Below are positions 1 to 9,603 of a DNA stretch of 64,000 nt, one piece after another (the stretch's first letter is position 1; every line of letters begins with the position of its first letter). The position numbers and the translations under genes are program-made. Under the pieces are notes generated by a model. It was not told the origin of the DNA. It saw only the letters and a program-made list of their open reading frames with translations, and did not search any database. The DNA is from Pseudomonadota bacterium (GTDB taxonomy: Bacteria > Pseudomonadota > Gammaproteobacteria > Pseudomonadales > JADFDG01), in the NCBI GenBank assembly GCA_049324475.1, contig JBMOOO010000011.1:163557-227556 (forward strand). Reading direction: 5' to 3'.

Positions 1-124
1 CACGGACCGGCAGTTCGAAGACGATGCCGCCCGTCGGACCCTGATCGAGATATTCGACATGCTGGGACGTGACGATCCGCTGACGGCGCAGTACCGTCGG
101 CGCATGGCCAATGCCCTGAATTGA
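1..124 (+). CDS. 3' end of a thioredoxin-like TPR co-chaperone gene (YbbN/CnoX-like), truncated by the window edge
   Basis: Frame 2 is open from the window edge to TGA 122-124 and reads TDRQFEDDAARRTLIEIFDMLGRDDPLTAQYRRRMANALN*. The tail resembles the C-terminus of YbbN-type proteins. Only 40 codons are visible, so the family call is tentative. Confidence 0.35.
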   Translation, partial: TDRQFEDDAARRTLIEIFDMLGRDDPLTAQYRRRMANALN

Positions 125-240
125 CGCATGGCCCCCGGAACCGGGGAGACCGGTTCCGGTGTGACAGGAAAGCACTGGCCGGCGCCCTGCTGCGGGCTAT
201 ACTCCGGCTCGCCCATGGATTCGGCTGCAGGTATTTCCCC

Positions 241-1587
241 ATGCAAACCCCCCCACGATTCCATCCGATTGTGCGATCGGCCCTCTTTCTGACCATGCTT
301 GCGGTTGCCCTGCCTGCGCACGCAGACAGCGTCGATGAACTGCATGCGCTGGTCGATGCAAACGACACCGCTGCCTGGGATATGGCGCAACGCATGGAGC
401 CTGACCATGCCGGCGATCCCGAGTTTGATTTCTGGTACGGCCTGGCGGCGAAAGCTGCCGGCAACAAGCAGAAAGCGATCTTTGCCTTCGAGCGCGTTGT
501 GATCAGCCAGCCCCAGAATGGCCGTGCCAAGCTTGAGCTGGCCGATGCCCATGCCGCCTATGGCAATACCCGCGAGGCAAAACGCCTGTTCCGGGAGGTG
601 CTCGCCACGACGCCGCCGGAACCGGTGCAGCAGCGTATCCGCACCTATCTGGGCGCGATTGATGCTGCGGACAGCAAGCAGAAAACCCGGGTCAGCAGTT
701 TCATCACCCTGGGCGGTGGTTACGATTCGAACGTCAACAGTGCGCCGGCACTGGCTGACCATGAAGTCGGCCCGCTGACGTTCACGCTGACGTCGGCTTC
801 GCTGGAAACCGATGCAGGCTTCGTCGATGTGCTGGCCGGTGTCGACGTGGTGAATCCGGTCAACCAGCGCACCCTGCGTTTCCTCAATGCCTCGGTGCAG
901 CGTCGCGACAACAACGAGATTTTCTCCGGCGGCAACTTCGATTATTCACAGGCCACACTTTCCGGTGGCTGGATGCTCAGGCGGGGCGCCGCCACCTGGC
1001 GTCTGCCGCTGACGGTGCAGGGCCTGTGGGTGGAAAGTGCCAGCGGCCCCGGCGCAGTCGTCAACGATGACCGTTTCGTCTTCTCTGCCGGCGCCGAATA
1101 CAACAAGCCGCTGTCGGCGCGCACGGCCGTGACCTGGTTTGGCCAGGCCGGCACGATGCACTATCCGTCCGAAGAGGACCGCGACGCCGACATCCTGTAT
1201 GTCGGCGGTGCCTGGATCTGGCAATCCGCCTCCAGCCCGCTGCGCCTCACCACCACGGGTCGCCTCGGCACCGAGCCGGCCGACGAGGACTTCAACAGCC
1301 GTGATTACCTGGCCCTGCGCCTGAATGCGCGCTGGGCCCTGTCGGCGACCCGCTCGGTCTACGGGGCGCTCGGTGTGCAGCAGTCGATGTACCAGGGCGA
1401 TCACCCGGTACTGACCTACGAACGCGAGGACACCCTGGTGGATGCATCGCTGGGCTGGCAGTGGCAGGTGGACAGTGACTGGAACCTGAATGTCGACCTG
1501 TCGTTTGCCGACAACAACTCGACCGACAACACGCTCTACGATTTCAACCGGGCCCAGTTCAAACTGGGTTCCACCTGGCGCTTCTGA
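241..1587 (+). CDS. Slam/DUF560-type outer-membrane protein (signal peptide, TPR region, C-terminal beta-barrel; type XI secretion-like translocon)
   Basis: ORF 121..1587. ATG 241 is preferred because it gives a signal peptide (MQTPPRFHPIVRSALFLTMLAVALPAHA|DS). TPR-like helix pairs (FDFWYGLAAKAAGNKQKAIFAFERVV; AKLELADAHAAYGNTREAKRLFREVL) are followed by a beta-strand-patterned region that starts FITLGGGYDSNVNSAP and ends with the OMP-type terminus FKLGSTWRF. Confidence 0.6.
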   Translation: MQTPPRFHPIVRSALFLTMLAVALPAHADSVDELHALVDANDTAAWDMAQRMEPDHAGDPEFDFWYGLAAKAAGNKQKAIFAFERVVISQPQNGRAKLELADAHAAYGNTREAKRLFREVLATTPPEPVQQRIRTYLGAIDAADSKQKTRVSSFITLGGGYDSNVNSAPALADHEVGPLTFTLTSASLETDAGFVDVLAGVDVVNPVNQRTLRFLNASVQRRDNNEIFSGGNFDYSQATLSGGWMLRRGAATWRLPLTVQGLWVESASGPGAVVNDDRFVFSAGAEYNKPLSARTAVTWFGQAGTMHYPSEEDRDADILYVGGAWIWQSASSPLRLTTTGRLGTEPADEDFNSRDYLALRLNARWALSATRSVYGALGVQQSMYQGDHPVLTYEREDTLVDASLGWQWQVDSDWNLNVDLSFADNNSTDNTLYDFNRAQFKLGSTWRF

Positions 1588-1601
1588 GCGGAGGACGAGA
1601 C

Positions 1602-3197
1602 ATGAAACAGGAATTCAGGCTGCGCCCGCTGGCGGCGCTGATCGTGGGCAGTGTCATGTTCGCTCCGGTGTCGGCCATCGCCGCCGAGCAGGCCGGCGTG
1701 CTGCTGGTCTCTTCCGGCGGTGTGAAGGCGATCGATGGCAGCGGCAATGCCCGCGACCTCAACCGCAAGTCGGCGGTCTACAGCGGTGACAAGCTGAAGA
1801 CCGGGTCCGGCGCGCGCGCGCAGATCAAGTTCACCGACGGTGCCATCGTCGGCCTGCGTCCGAACAGCGAGCTGCGCATCGACGAATATTCCTACACCGG
1901 TGATTCCGCCTCGAAGAGCTTCATGTCGTTGCTGAAAGGCGGGTTCCGGACCGTGAGCGGTGCCATCGGCAAGGCCGGTGGCGGCGACTACAAGGTGACG
2001 ACGCCGGTGGCCACCATCGGTATCCGCGGCACCTTGTGGGATGGCGAATACGACCCGGAAACCGGGCTGGACCTGGCCGTGTGGGACGGTGGTATCTCCG
2101 CCTGCGCGGCGGCCGGTGGCGGCTGTCTGGATCTGGGCGGTGATGTCGATTACCGCTACGGCCATGTCAGCCCGGACGGAACCATGACGGGCCTGAAGGA
2201 ATCACCGATCGACGAAGACGAAGATGACGAAGGCAACAGCGGTGCGGAGTACGACACCGTTTTCGACCAGCAGGAAAGCGACATGCTGGACGAGGACATC
2301 ACGCTGTTCCTGCCGTCGGACCATCTCTCCCGTGAGCGCTATCCGCTGGCCGGCTTCGGTGTCGCCAGCGGCAGCCGCTTCCCGTCGAGCCTGCTGCACC
2401 TGGACTTCGCCCGTTTCGATTCCGCGGCGTACATGGCCAATGCGTACGGCGGCTGGGGCGCGTTCCGGGAGTCGTCGACGGGGCAGTTCCTGATTCCGGG
2501 CTCGAGGTACGAGATCTGTGACGGGGAGTGCTATGTCTACGACAGCGGTTTCTCCGGCTCGGTTCAGGAGATCACCCTGGGACAGGATCCGGACACGGAT
2601 ATCATCTGGGGCTACTGGAACTACAACGGCATGTCACTGAGTGGCAGTGACGGCGATCCGACCCTGGATGCCCTGGATAACTACGGTCTGTTCGTACTCG
2701 GCTACAACGCAACCCCGGCGGTTGTGGCGACACTGACCGGCAATGCCTCGTTCACGCTGAGCAACCTCCAGATCCTGGATTCCAGCGGTTCTCCGAGCAC
2801 CGTGTCCGGTACCGGTTCCCTGAGCATGAACATGGATACCGGCAGTGCCTATGGCGGCATGTCCTTCCAGGACACCGGTTTCGACAGCTGGACCCTGGAT
2901 TTCTCGGGTACGGTGTCGAATGACGGCCTGAGCCTGGCGATGCTGACGGATACCGCCAACGCGACCAATGCGTCCTATTACATGTCCTATGGCGGCGCGG
3001 TGACGGCGCCCGTCCAGGGCACGGTGGAAGCGTCTTTCGTCGGCCAGACCTTTGTGGAGGCCGTCATCGGCGGATTCCAGGCGGACGCTGTGGATGCCGT
3101 GGATCCGACCACCGTTATCGACAGCGTCAAAGGCGTGTTCGTCATGCCGAATGACAATCCGCCCGTCATCATCGTGACGGAACCCCCCGCCAACTGA
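1602..3197 (+). CDS. Secreted FecR-domain protein with a C-terminal TbpB-like beta-barrel-type segment (candidate Slam cargo)
   Basis: GGAGGA 1589-1594 precedes ATG 1602. The signal peptide has no Cys (MKQEFRLRPLAALIVGSVMFAPVSAIAAEQ). FecR-type domain: SAVYSGDKLKTGSGARAQIKFTDGAIVGLRPNSELRIDEY ... YKVTTPVATIGIRGTLW. The C-terminal strand pattern GNASFTLSNLQ..GSLSMNMDTGSAYGGMSF..WTLDFSGTVSNDGLSL..GTVEASFVGQTFVEAVIGGFQA resembles TbpB-type barrel domains. Confidence 0.6.
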   Translation: MKQEFRLRPLAALIVGSVMFAPVSAIAAEQAGVLLVSSGGVKAIDGSGNARDLNRKSAVYSGDKLKTGSGARAQIKFTDGAIVGLRPNSELRIDEYSYTGDSASKSFMSLLKGGFRTVSGAIGKAGGGDYKVTTPVATIGIRGTLWDGEYDPETGLDLAVWDGGISACAAAGGGCLDLGGDVDYRYGHVSPDGTMTGLKESPIDEDEDDEGNSGAEYDTVFDQQESDMLDEDITLFLPSDHLSRERYPLAGFGVASGSRFPSSLLHLDFARFDSAAYMANAYGGWGAFRESSTGQFLIPGSRYEICDGECYVYDSGFSGSVQEITLGQDPDTDIIWGYWNYNGMSLSGSDGDPTLDALDNYGLFVLGYNATPAVVATLTGNASFTLSNLQILDSSGSPSTVSGTGSLSMNMDTGSAYGGMSFQDTGFDSWTLDFSGTVSNDGLSLAMLTDTANATNASYYMSYGGAVTAPVQGTVEASFVGQTFVEAVIGGFQADAVDAVDPTTVIDSVKGVFVMPNDNPPVIIVTEPPAN

Positions 3198-3217
3198 CGG
3201 GGTGCTGGGCCTCAGCG

Positions 3218-3245
3218 ACGGCGCCTTCGGGCGCCGTTTCTGTTT
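3218..3245 (+). terminator. Rho-independent terminator after the FecR-domain gene
   Basis: Stem ACGGCGCC (3218-3225), loop TTCG, stem GGCGCCGT (3230-3237), followed by TTCTGTTT. Confidence 0.7.
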
Positions 3246-3322
3246 CCGGGGCGAACCATATCGGTGCGATCCGGGGTGCAGCGCCCGATATTGGGGCGAT
3301 TCCGGGCGATCGCATCGCCTAA

Positions 3323-3790
<468 letters not shown>

Positions 3791-3800
3791 GGAGCCCTCC

Positions 3801-5108
3801 ATGAAAAAGATTCTCGCCGCGCTGCTGGCCGCAGCGCCGGCCGGCGCTTTTGCGGCCGACGGTATTGATCCGGGCGCCAGTGCCTGGCTGCTGACCGCCA
3901 CCGGTCTGGTGCTGTTCATGACCCTGCCGGGCCTCGCGCTGTTCTACGGCGGTCTGGTCCGCAGCAAGAACGTGCTGTCCGTGCTCATGCAGTGTTTCGC
4001 CATTGCCTGCGTCGCCACGCTGCTGTGGTTCGCCGTCGGCTACACGATGGCCTTCGGTGCCGGTGGCAACGGGTTCATCGGCGGTTTCGGCAATGTGTTC
4101 TTCGCGCAGATTGCCGAAGGTACGCTGACGCCGACGCTGTCCGCATCCGTGCTGGTGCCGGAATCGCTGTTCGCGCTCTTCCAGATGACCTTCGCCATCA
4201 TCACGCCGGCGCTGATCGTCGGCGCCTATGCCGAGCGCATGCGCTTCGGCGCCATGCTGCTGTTCAGCGCACTGTGGCTGCTGGCGGTGTACGCGCCGAT
4301 CACGCACTGGGTCTGGCACAGCGACGGCTGGCTGTTCAAGCAGGGGCTGCTGGATTTTGCCGGCGGCACGGTGGTTCACATCACGGCCGGTGTGGCGGCG
4401 CTGGTGTGCGCGCTGGTGCTCGGTCCGCGCAAGGGCTTCCCGCAGCAGCCGATGCCGCCGCACAACCTCACCATGGCCATGACCGGCGCCGGCATGCTGT
4501 GGGTGGGCTGGTTCGGTTTCAACGCCGGCTCCGCGCTGGCGGCCGACGGCAACGCCGCGATGGCGCTGGCGTCCACGCAGATTTCTGCGGCGGCGGGCGC
4601 TTTTGCCTGGATGTGCATCGAGTGGATCAGGCACGGCAAGCCGAGCGCGCTGGGCATCATCACCGGCATGGTGGCCGGCCTGGGCACCATCACGCCGGCG
4701 TCCGGCTACGTCGGCCCGGCCGGTGCGCTGGTGATCGGCCTGTCGGCCGGTGTGGTCTGCTTCTTTGCCACCATGGCGATCAAGCGCAAGCTGAAGATCG
4801 ACGATTCCCTCGACGTGTTCCCGGTACACGGCGTCGGCGGCATCCTCGGCACGTTCATGGCGGGCATTTTTGCGTCCGGCGCGCTGGGCATTTTCAGCGG
4901 CCAGGGCTATGCCGAAGGCGTGACCATGGGCAGCCAGCTCACGGTCCAGCTGACCGGCATTGCCGCCACCGGCCTGTACACGGCGGTGGTGACCTGGGTG
5001 CTGCTCAAGGCGGTTGGCCTGGTGACGGCCCTGCGGGTGACCCCGGACGAGGAAACCGAAGGTCTGGACCTCGTGCTGCACGATGAGCGCGGCTACGACA
5101 TCCGTTGA
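3801..5108 (+). CDS. amtB: Ammonium transporter AmtB
   Basis: 435 aa with a signal-like N-terminus and about 11 TM segments. Amt motifs: FYGGLVRSKNVLS, DFAGGTVVHITAGVAAL, WFGFNAGSA, VHGVGGILGT. AGGAG lies upstream of the ATG. Confidence 0.95.
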   Translation: MKKILAALLAAAPAGAFAADGIDPGASAWLLTATGLVLFMTLPGLALFYGGLVRSKNVLSVLMQCFAIACVATLLWFAVGYTMAFGAGGNGFIGGFGNVFFAQIAEGTLTPTLSASVLVPESLFALFQMTFAIITPALIVGAYAERMRFGAMLLFSALWLLAVYAPITHWVWHSDGWLFKQGLLDFAGGTVVHITAGVAALVCALVLGPRKGFPQQPMPPHNLTMAMTGAGMLWVGWFGFNAGSALAADGNAAMALASTQISAAAGAFAWMCIEWIRHGKPSALGIITGMVAGLGTITPASGYVGPAGALVIGLSAGVVCFFATMAIKRKLKIDDSLDVFPVHGVGGILGTFMAGIFASGALGIFSGQGYAEGVTMGSQLTVQLTGIAATGLYTAVVTWVLLKAVGLVTALRVTPDEETEGLDLVLHDERGYDIR

Positions 5109-5150
5109 GATCGCCGTGACATCCGGCAAGGCCGGAAGCGTGAACCGGAA

Positions 5151-5176
5151 CGGGGCCTGCGGGCCCCGCTTTCGTT
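5151..5176 (+). terminator. Rho-independent terminator after amtB
   Basis: CGGGGCC-TGC-GGGCCCCG hairpin (5151-5168) followed by CTTTCGTT. Confidence 0.6.
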
Positions 5177-5325
5177 GGCCGGCTCATTGACCGGATGTGC
5201 AGGGGGGGTGAACGAAAAGGCTATTGCCAAGGGGAGGGGGCGTCAGTAGGTTTGACCCTCGCTTCGAACACCCGTTTGAACGGATTCACCCCCACGATTC
5301 ATCCACCCGCGAGGAGACAGCACAC

Positions 5326-5715
5326 ATGGCCAAGTTCATGACCGACGCCTGGTTCACCGAAGTAGAGAAACTGATCGCCGCCGCCGGCGACCTGCAGCCG
5401 CCGGCTGCCCTGGCCGATCTCGTGCTGAACGTCACCGTGACCGGCACTTCCGAAGGTGACAAGCCGATGGCGATCGTTGCCGGCAAGTTCCAGAAAGGCC
5501 ACCAGTCGGGCGCCCCGACCCACCTGATCCTGCCGGTCGAGCTGGCCCAGCGCATCTTCATCGACAACGACCAGTCTGCCGGCATGCAGGGCTTCATGAG
5601 CGGCCAGATCAAGATCGAAGGCGACATGAGCCGCCTGATGGTCATGAACACCGTTCAGCCGTCCGCTCCGCAGAAAGACCTGCAGGGCAAGATCAAGGCG
5701 ATGACCACCGCCTGA
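5326..5715 (+). CDS. SCP2 (sterol/lipid carrier) domain protein
   Basis: GAGGAG 5311-5316 precedes ATG 5326. The 129-aa product reads MAKFMTDAWFTEVEKL...LNVTVTG... and ends with the SCP2-type FMSGQIKIEGDMSRLMVM. The longer ORF from 5224 lacks an RBS. Confidence 0.7.
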   Translation: MAKFMTDAWFTEVEKLIAAAGDLQPPAALADLVLNVTVTGTSEGDKPMAIVAGKFQKGHQSGAPTHLILPVELAQRIFIDNDQSAGMQGFMSGQIKIEGDMSRLMVMNTVQPSAPQKDLQGKIKAMTTA

Positions 5716-5732
5716 TTTGCACATGTGCAATG

Positions 5733-5760
5733 AAAAGGGCCCTGCGGGGCCCTTTTTGTT
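5733..5760. terminator. Bidirectional hairpin terminator between convergent genes
   Basis: AAAAGGGCCC-TGCG-GGGCCCTTTTTG is a perfect GC stem flanked by an A-run and a T-run. It lies between the stop at 5715 (+) and the stop at 5770 (-). Confidence 0.8.
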
Positions 5761-5769
5761 TTCCGGCGC

Positions 5770-6834
5770 TTACGAAGCGTTTTGCCGGCCTGCCTGCCGC
5801 ATTGGCAGCTGCAGTACCGGTGCTTCTTCCAGCGTGTTGCCGGCCCGCCGGTAACGGCCGGGGCTGGTGCCCGTCCAGGCGCTGAAGGCCTTGCTGAAGC
5901 TGGCCTGGTCGCCATAGCCGACCTGTTCCGCGATTTCCTCGATCGGCAGGCTGGAACCGCGCAGCAGCCGGCGTGCGAATTCCAGCCGCACGCAATTGCG
6001 GATGTCGGTGAAGCTCTGGCCGGTTTCCTGCAGATGCCGGCGCAGCGAGCGGGCACTCAGACCCATGCGCTCGGCCACAGACTCCAGCGTGCAGTCACGC
6101 CCCGGATTCGACAGCACGCACCGGCGCAGCCGCAGCACGATTTCCGCTTCATCGGTGATGCCGGTTTCATGTGCGCCCAGTTTGGCGATGAGTTCCGGCG
6201 CGCGGTTTTCCTCCTGCCAGGCCGGGCGGCTGTGGTAGGTCAGCGTCGCCCGGCAGGCGGCCTGTCCGAACACCACCTGCCCGCGGTCCAGGCCGTGGAA
6301 GCCGCGGGTCGTGCGTGGCGCCGCGCAATCGAACTCGAGCCGGAGATCGCGTGTGGCCAGCGAGGCGATCGACAGAATGCTGCCCAGGTACATGCCGGTG
6401 ACGAAGTGACGGGTCGTTCCCAGGTCCCAGGTGTCTTCCATCTGCAGGTGCTGGCGCGGGCCGTCCTCGGTCAGCCGGATGTCCAGCAGTGGCAACCGGA
6501 CCCGGATGACGGTGACCACCATGCCGACCAGTTCACGCAGACGTTCGCGCCGCAGGATGCTGAAGCCGAGCAGCCCGTGTGCCGACAGATCGATGGTTCG
6601 TCCGAATTCGAAGCCCAGCGACTCGCGGGGCACCAGCCGGCAGGCCTGCTCGATCAGCCGCTGGATCTGCGCCACCGACAGGTAGACCTCGGGTTCGCGC
6701 AGGGCGGAAATGGGAACGCCCGTACCATCCAGCAGGACTTCCGGCGAAATGCCCTCACGCTGCATGTAGCGTGCAAGCACGGCGGCATAGTGGGCCGAGA
6801 TCATCGGGAAATTGCGTTCGTAGGCGTGTTTCAT
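5770..6834 (-). CDS. AraC-family transcriptional regulator (N-terminal effector domain plus C-terminal HTH)
   Basis: C-terminal AraC HTH: LSARSLRRHLQETGQSFTDIRNCVRLEFARRLLRGSSLPIEEIAEQVGYGDQASFSKAFSAWTGTSPGRYRR. It is divergent from the 7165 operon across a 330-nt, less GC-rich spacer. Confidence 0.85.
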   Translation of the reverse strand: MKHAYERNFPMISAHYAAVLARYMQREGISPEVLLDGTGVPISALREPEVYLSVAQIQRLIEQACRLVPRESLGFEFGRTIDLSAHGLLGFSILRRERLRELVGMVVTVIRVRLPLLDIRLTEDGPRQHLQMEDTWDLGTTRHFVTGMYLGSILSIASLATRDLRLEFDCAAPRTTRGFHGLDRGQVVFGQAACRATLTYHSRPAWQEENRAPELIAKLGAHETGITDEAEIVLRLRRCVLSNPGRDCTLESVAERMGLSARSLRRHLQETGQSFTDIRNCVRLEFARRLLRGSSLPIEEIAEQVGYGDQASFSKAFSAWTGTSPGRYRRAGNTLEEAPVLQLPMRQAGRQNAS

Positions 6835-7164
6835 CGTCTTTTTCTTGTACTTGGGAAGAACACGTCCGTGAAATCTAGACAGCCTTGCTGCGGCGTCAAC
6901 GCTATTCGTGTAGCGATCTGCAAACGTGATGCGGACTCGTCGGTCACCGGTTTTATCCGGCCATGCGCATGAATTCCGGGTGAGAAAAAAGTCTCAGTGA
7001 TGGCGGAAATTCCTGCGCCTAAAGCATTGCTGTGCCGGAACTGACAAAAAACTGGCCGCGGTTCGACTACGGGCCGGACACCCCGGTTTTGATAATCCGC
7101 CGCCGTCCGTACAGGACATTGCACGTGTCATCCCCGCAAAAAAACAACAACGTGGGAGCCTGCC

Positions 7165-7950
7165 ATGACCGAACCACTGACCTGCCGCCATCATCATCTG
7201 GCCGAGGTGTCCGTGCGCGAGATCCGGCGCATGTACGACATCTTCACGCAGTACTACGACAATGCGCCGCTCGACGTCTTTCTGCGCGACCTCAGCCGCA
7301 AGAGCGGCGTTTTCCTGGTGCGCCGGCGCCGTGACGGTGAAATTGTCGGATTCTCGACCGTGCACCGCTTCGACATGCAGGTCGACGGCCGTCCGGCCAT
7401 CGGTGTTTTCTCCGGCGATACGCTGATCGAGCGGGCCTACTGGGGGTCGCGGGCGCTGCAGCTGGCATTCACCCGGTATGTGTTCCGGATCCGTCTGTGC
7501 AATCCGCTCACGCCGTTGTACTGGTGCCTGATCTCCAAGGGCTACAAGACCTTCCTGCTGCTGGCCAACAACTTTCCGCGCTATTACCCGCACCCGGAAG
7601 GCCGCCATCCGGAGCTGGGTTCCGTGGTGCGCCAGTATTGCGGGCAGCTGTTTCCGGGGAATCTCGACGCTGCCGGCATGCTGCTGTATTTCGGCGAGAA
7701 CGCGCAGCGGTTGCGTGAGGAAACGGCCCCGATCACCGAAGCCACCCGCCGGCGCTACGCCAAGGTGGCCTTTTTCGAGCAGTGCAATCCGACCTGGCAA
7801 TCGGGTACCGAGCTGCCCTGCATCGGCATGCTGGGCTGGACGGATTTCGCGATGTTTGCGCGCCGTGACCTGCTGAAACTGTTGCGGCGCCGGCGCGAGG
7901 CGCATCCGGAAATGCAGCTGGCGGCTGCCGACGGCGACATGGCGGACTGA
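7165..7950 (+). CDS. Hypothetical protein, possibly a GNAT-fold acyltransferase (first gene of the GH3 operon)
   Basis: GGGAG 7153-7157 precedes ATG 7165. 261 aa. The segment GEIVGFSTVHRFDMQVDGRPAIGVFSGDTLIERAYWGSRALQLAF looks like a GNAT beta4-alpha3 core. No signal peptide. The fold call is tentative. Confidence 0.4.
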   Translation: MTEPLTCRHHHLAEVSVREIRRMYDIFTQYYDNAPLDVFLRDLSRKSGVFLVRRRRDGEIVGFSTVHRFDMQVDGRPAIGVFSGDTLIERAYWGSRALQLAFTRYVFRIRLCNPLTPLYWCLISKGYKTFLLLANNFPRYYPHPEGRHPELGSVVRQYCGQLFPGNLDAAGMLLYFGENAQRLREETAPITEATRRRYAKVAFFEQCNPTWQSGTELPCIGMLGWTDFAMFARRDLLKLLRRRREAHPEMQLAAADGDMAD

Positions 7951-7953
7951 GCC

Positions 7954-9603
7954 GTGGCTGTGCAGGCTGGCAATGTCCGGGCCGGGCACTTTGCCCTGTC
8001 GCTGGCGGTTGCACCGGCGTATCGGCAGTTTGCGGCCGGTCTTGGCGATCCCGAGTCCGTGCAGCGGCAGCTGCTGGCGCAGTTGCTGAAGGCCGTGGCA
8101 CGCGCACACGGCAACCGCTTCCGCGTCGATGCCGGCTGGCGCTGGGAGGATTTCACGCGTCACGTTCCGGTGACGACCTGGCAGGACTGGCAGCTGGCCG
8201 TGGACGCGCAACTGCATGAGAAGCGTCGGCTGCTGGTGGATTCCCCCGTTGTGCGCTACCAGCCCACCAGCGGTTCCACCTCGGCGATCAAGCTGGTTCC
8301 GTACACGAAGCGGTTTCTCGGCGAGCTCGACGCAGCCATCGCACCATGGCTGGGTGATCTGTACCGGCAGTATCCGGCGATCCGGGGCGGCCGGCACTAC
8401 TGGTCGGTGTCATGGTTGCCGAACACGTTGCGTGAGCGTTTCCGTGCCGACCTGAACGATGACATGCAACTACTGGCTGCCGGCAAGCGCTGGCTCGCTG
8501 CACGCACACAATCGGTACCGCAGGAAACGTCGCTGGCCGATACCTCGGATGGTTCGCTGTTCGCCACCCTGGCATTTCTCGCAGCCGATGAACGTCTCGG
8601 CATGCTGTCGGTATGGAGCCCGACCTTCGGGCTGGCGCTGCTGGAAAGGCTGGCCGTGTGGCGCGATCCGCTGGCGGTGTGTCTGACAACCGGGGAGTGG
8701 CCGCGCGGTTTCGGCGAGTTCGGCGATCTGGCCTGCCCCCGCTCGCCGCGTGCGGCATCGCTGCTGCGGGGCTGGAACGGCCAGCAGGATCCGGAATTCT
8801 TTCGTGCCCTGTGGCCGGCGCTCGCGCTGGTCAGTGCCTGGGATACCGCGGCCGCGGCACCCTGGGCCGACGCATTGCGTGCGCGTTTGCCGCACACGGC
8901 ATTCCAGGGCAAGGGTTTGTGGGCCACGGAAGGTGTGGTCACCATCCCGTTCCGCAACGAGCACGTGCTGGCCTACCGCAGCCATGTGTATGAATTCGAG
9001 GATGCCGACACCGGCCGCATCTGCGCTCCCTGGGAGCTGCAGGCCGGGCAGTCGGTCATCCCCTTGCTGTCCACCGGCAGTGGCCTGCTGCGCTACCGCA
9101 TGAACGACGTGCTGGAAGTCGGCAGGAAAATGGGCGAGGTGCCCACGCTGCGCTTCCTCGGGCGCAATGACGGCGTCGATCTGGCCGGCGAGAAGATCAG
9201 CACGGCGGTTGCGCAGAAAGTGCTGGCAACCCTGGGTGCGCAACACGGCCTGCGTCCGCTGACGCTGCTGGCAGCACACGATGCCGGCAACGGCCGGCCG
9301 GGCTACCTGTTGCTGGCGGAAGCAGCCGACGCACGTGCGCGGATCCCGGAAACCCGGGTGGCTGCAGAACTGGAGCAGGCACTGCTGGCGCACTTCCACT
9401 ACCGGCTGGCCCGCGATCTCGGTCAGCTGGCACCGGCGCGGGTCGTGGTACGGGATGACATGCAGCTGCAGTACGTACGCATGCGGCAGGCAGCCGGCAT
9501 GATCGAGGGCAACGTCAAGGTCGAAGCGCTTACCGCATGGCGCCGGCCACTGCCGCCGGCACTGGCGTTGCCGGCGGAAACGGCCTTGCAGGTGTGTGCA
9601 TGA
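7954..9603 (+). CDS. GH3-family adenylate-forming acyl-acid amido synthetase
   Basis: GTG 7954 lies 3 nt after the upstream stop. GH3 motifs are present in order: PTSGSTSAIKLVPYT, GLWATEGVVTIP, GLLRYRMNDVLEVGRKMGEVPTLRFLGR. 549 aa. The exact start is uncertain. Confidence 0.75.
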   Translation: MAVQAGNVRAGHFALSLAVAPAYRQFAAGLGDPESVQRQLLAQLLKAVARAHGNRFRVDAGWRWEDFTRHVPVTTWQDWQLAVDAQLHEKRRLLVDSPVVRYQPTSGSTSAIKLVPYTKRFLGELDAAIAPWLGDLYRQYPAIRGGRHYWSVSWLPNTLRERFRADLNDDMQLLAAGKRWLAARTQSVPQETSLADTSDGSLFATLAFLAADERLGMLSVWSPTFGLALLERLAVWRDPLAVCLTTGEWPRGFGEFGDLACPRSPRAASLLRGWNGQQDPEFFRALWPALALVSAWDTAAAAPWADALRARLPHTAFQGKGLWATEGVVTIPFRNEHVLAYRSHVYEFEDADTGRICAPWELQAGQSVIPLLSTGSGLLRYRMNDVLEVGRKMGEVPTLRFLGRNDGVDLAGEKISTAVAQKVLATLGAQHGLRPLTLLAAHDAGNGRPGYLLLAEAADARARIPETRVAAELEQALLAHFHYRLARDLGQLAPARVVVRDDMQLQYVRMRQAAGMIEGNVKVEALTAWRRPLPPALALPAETALQVCA

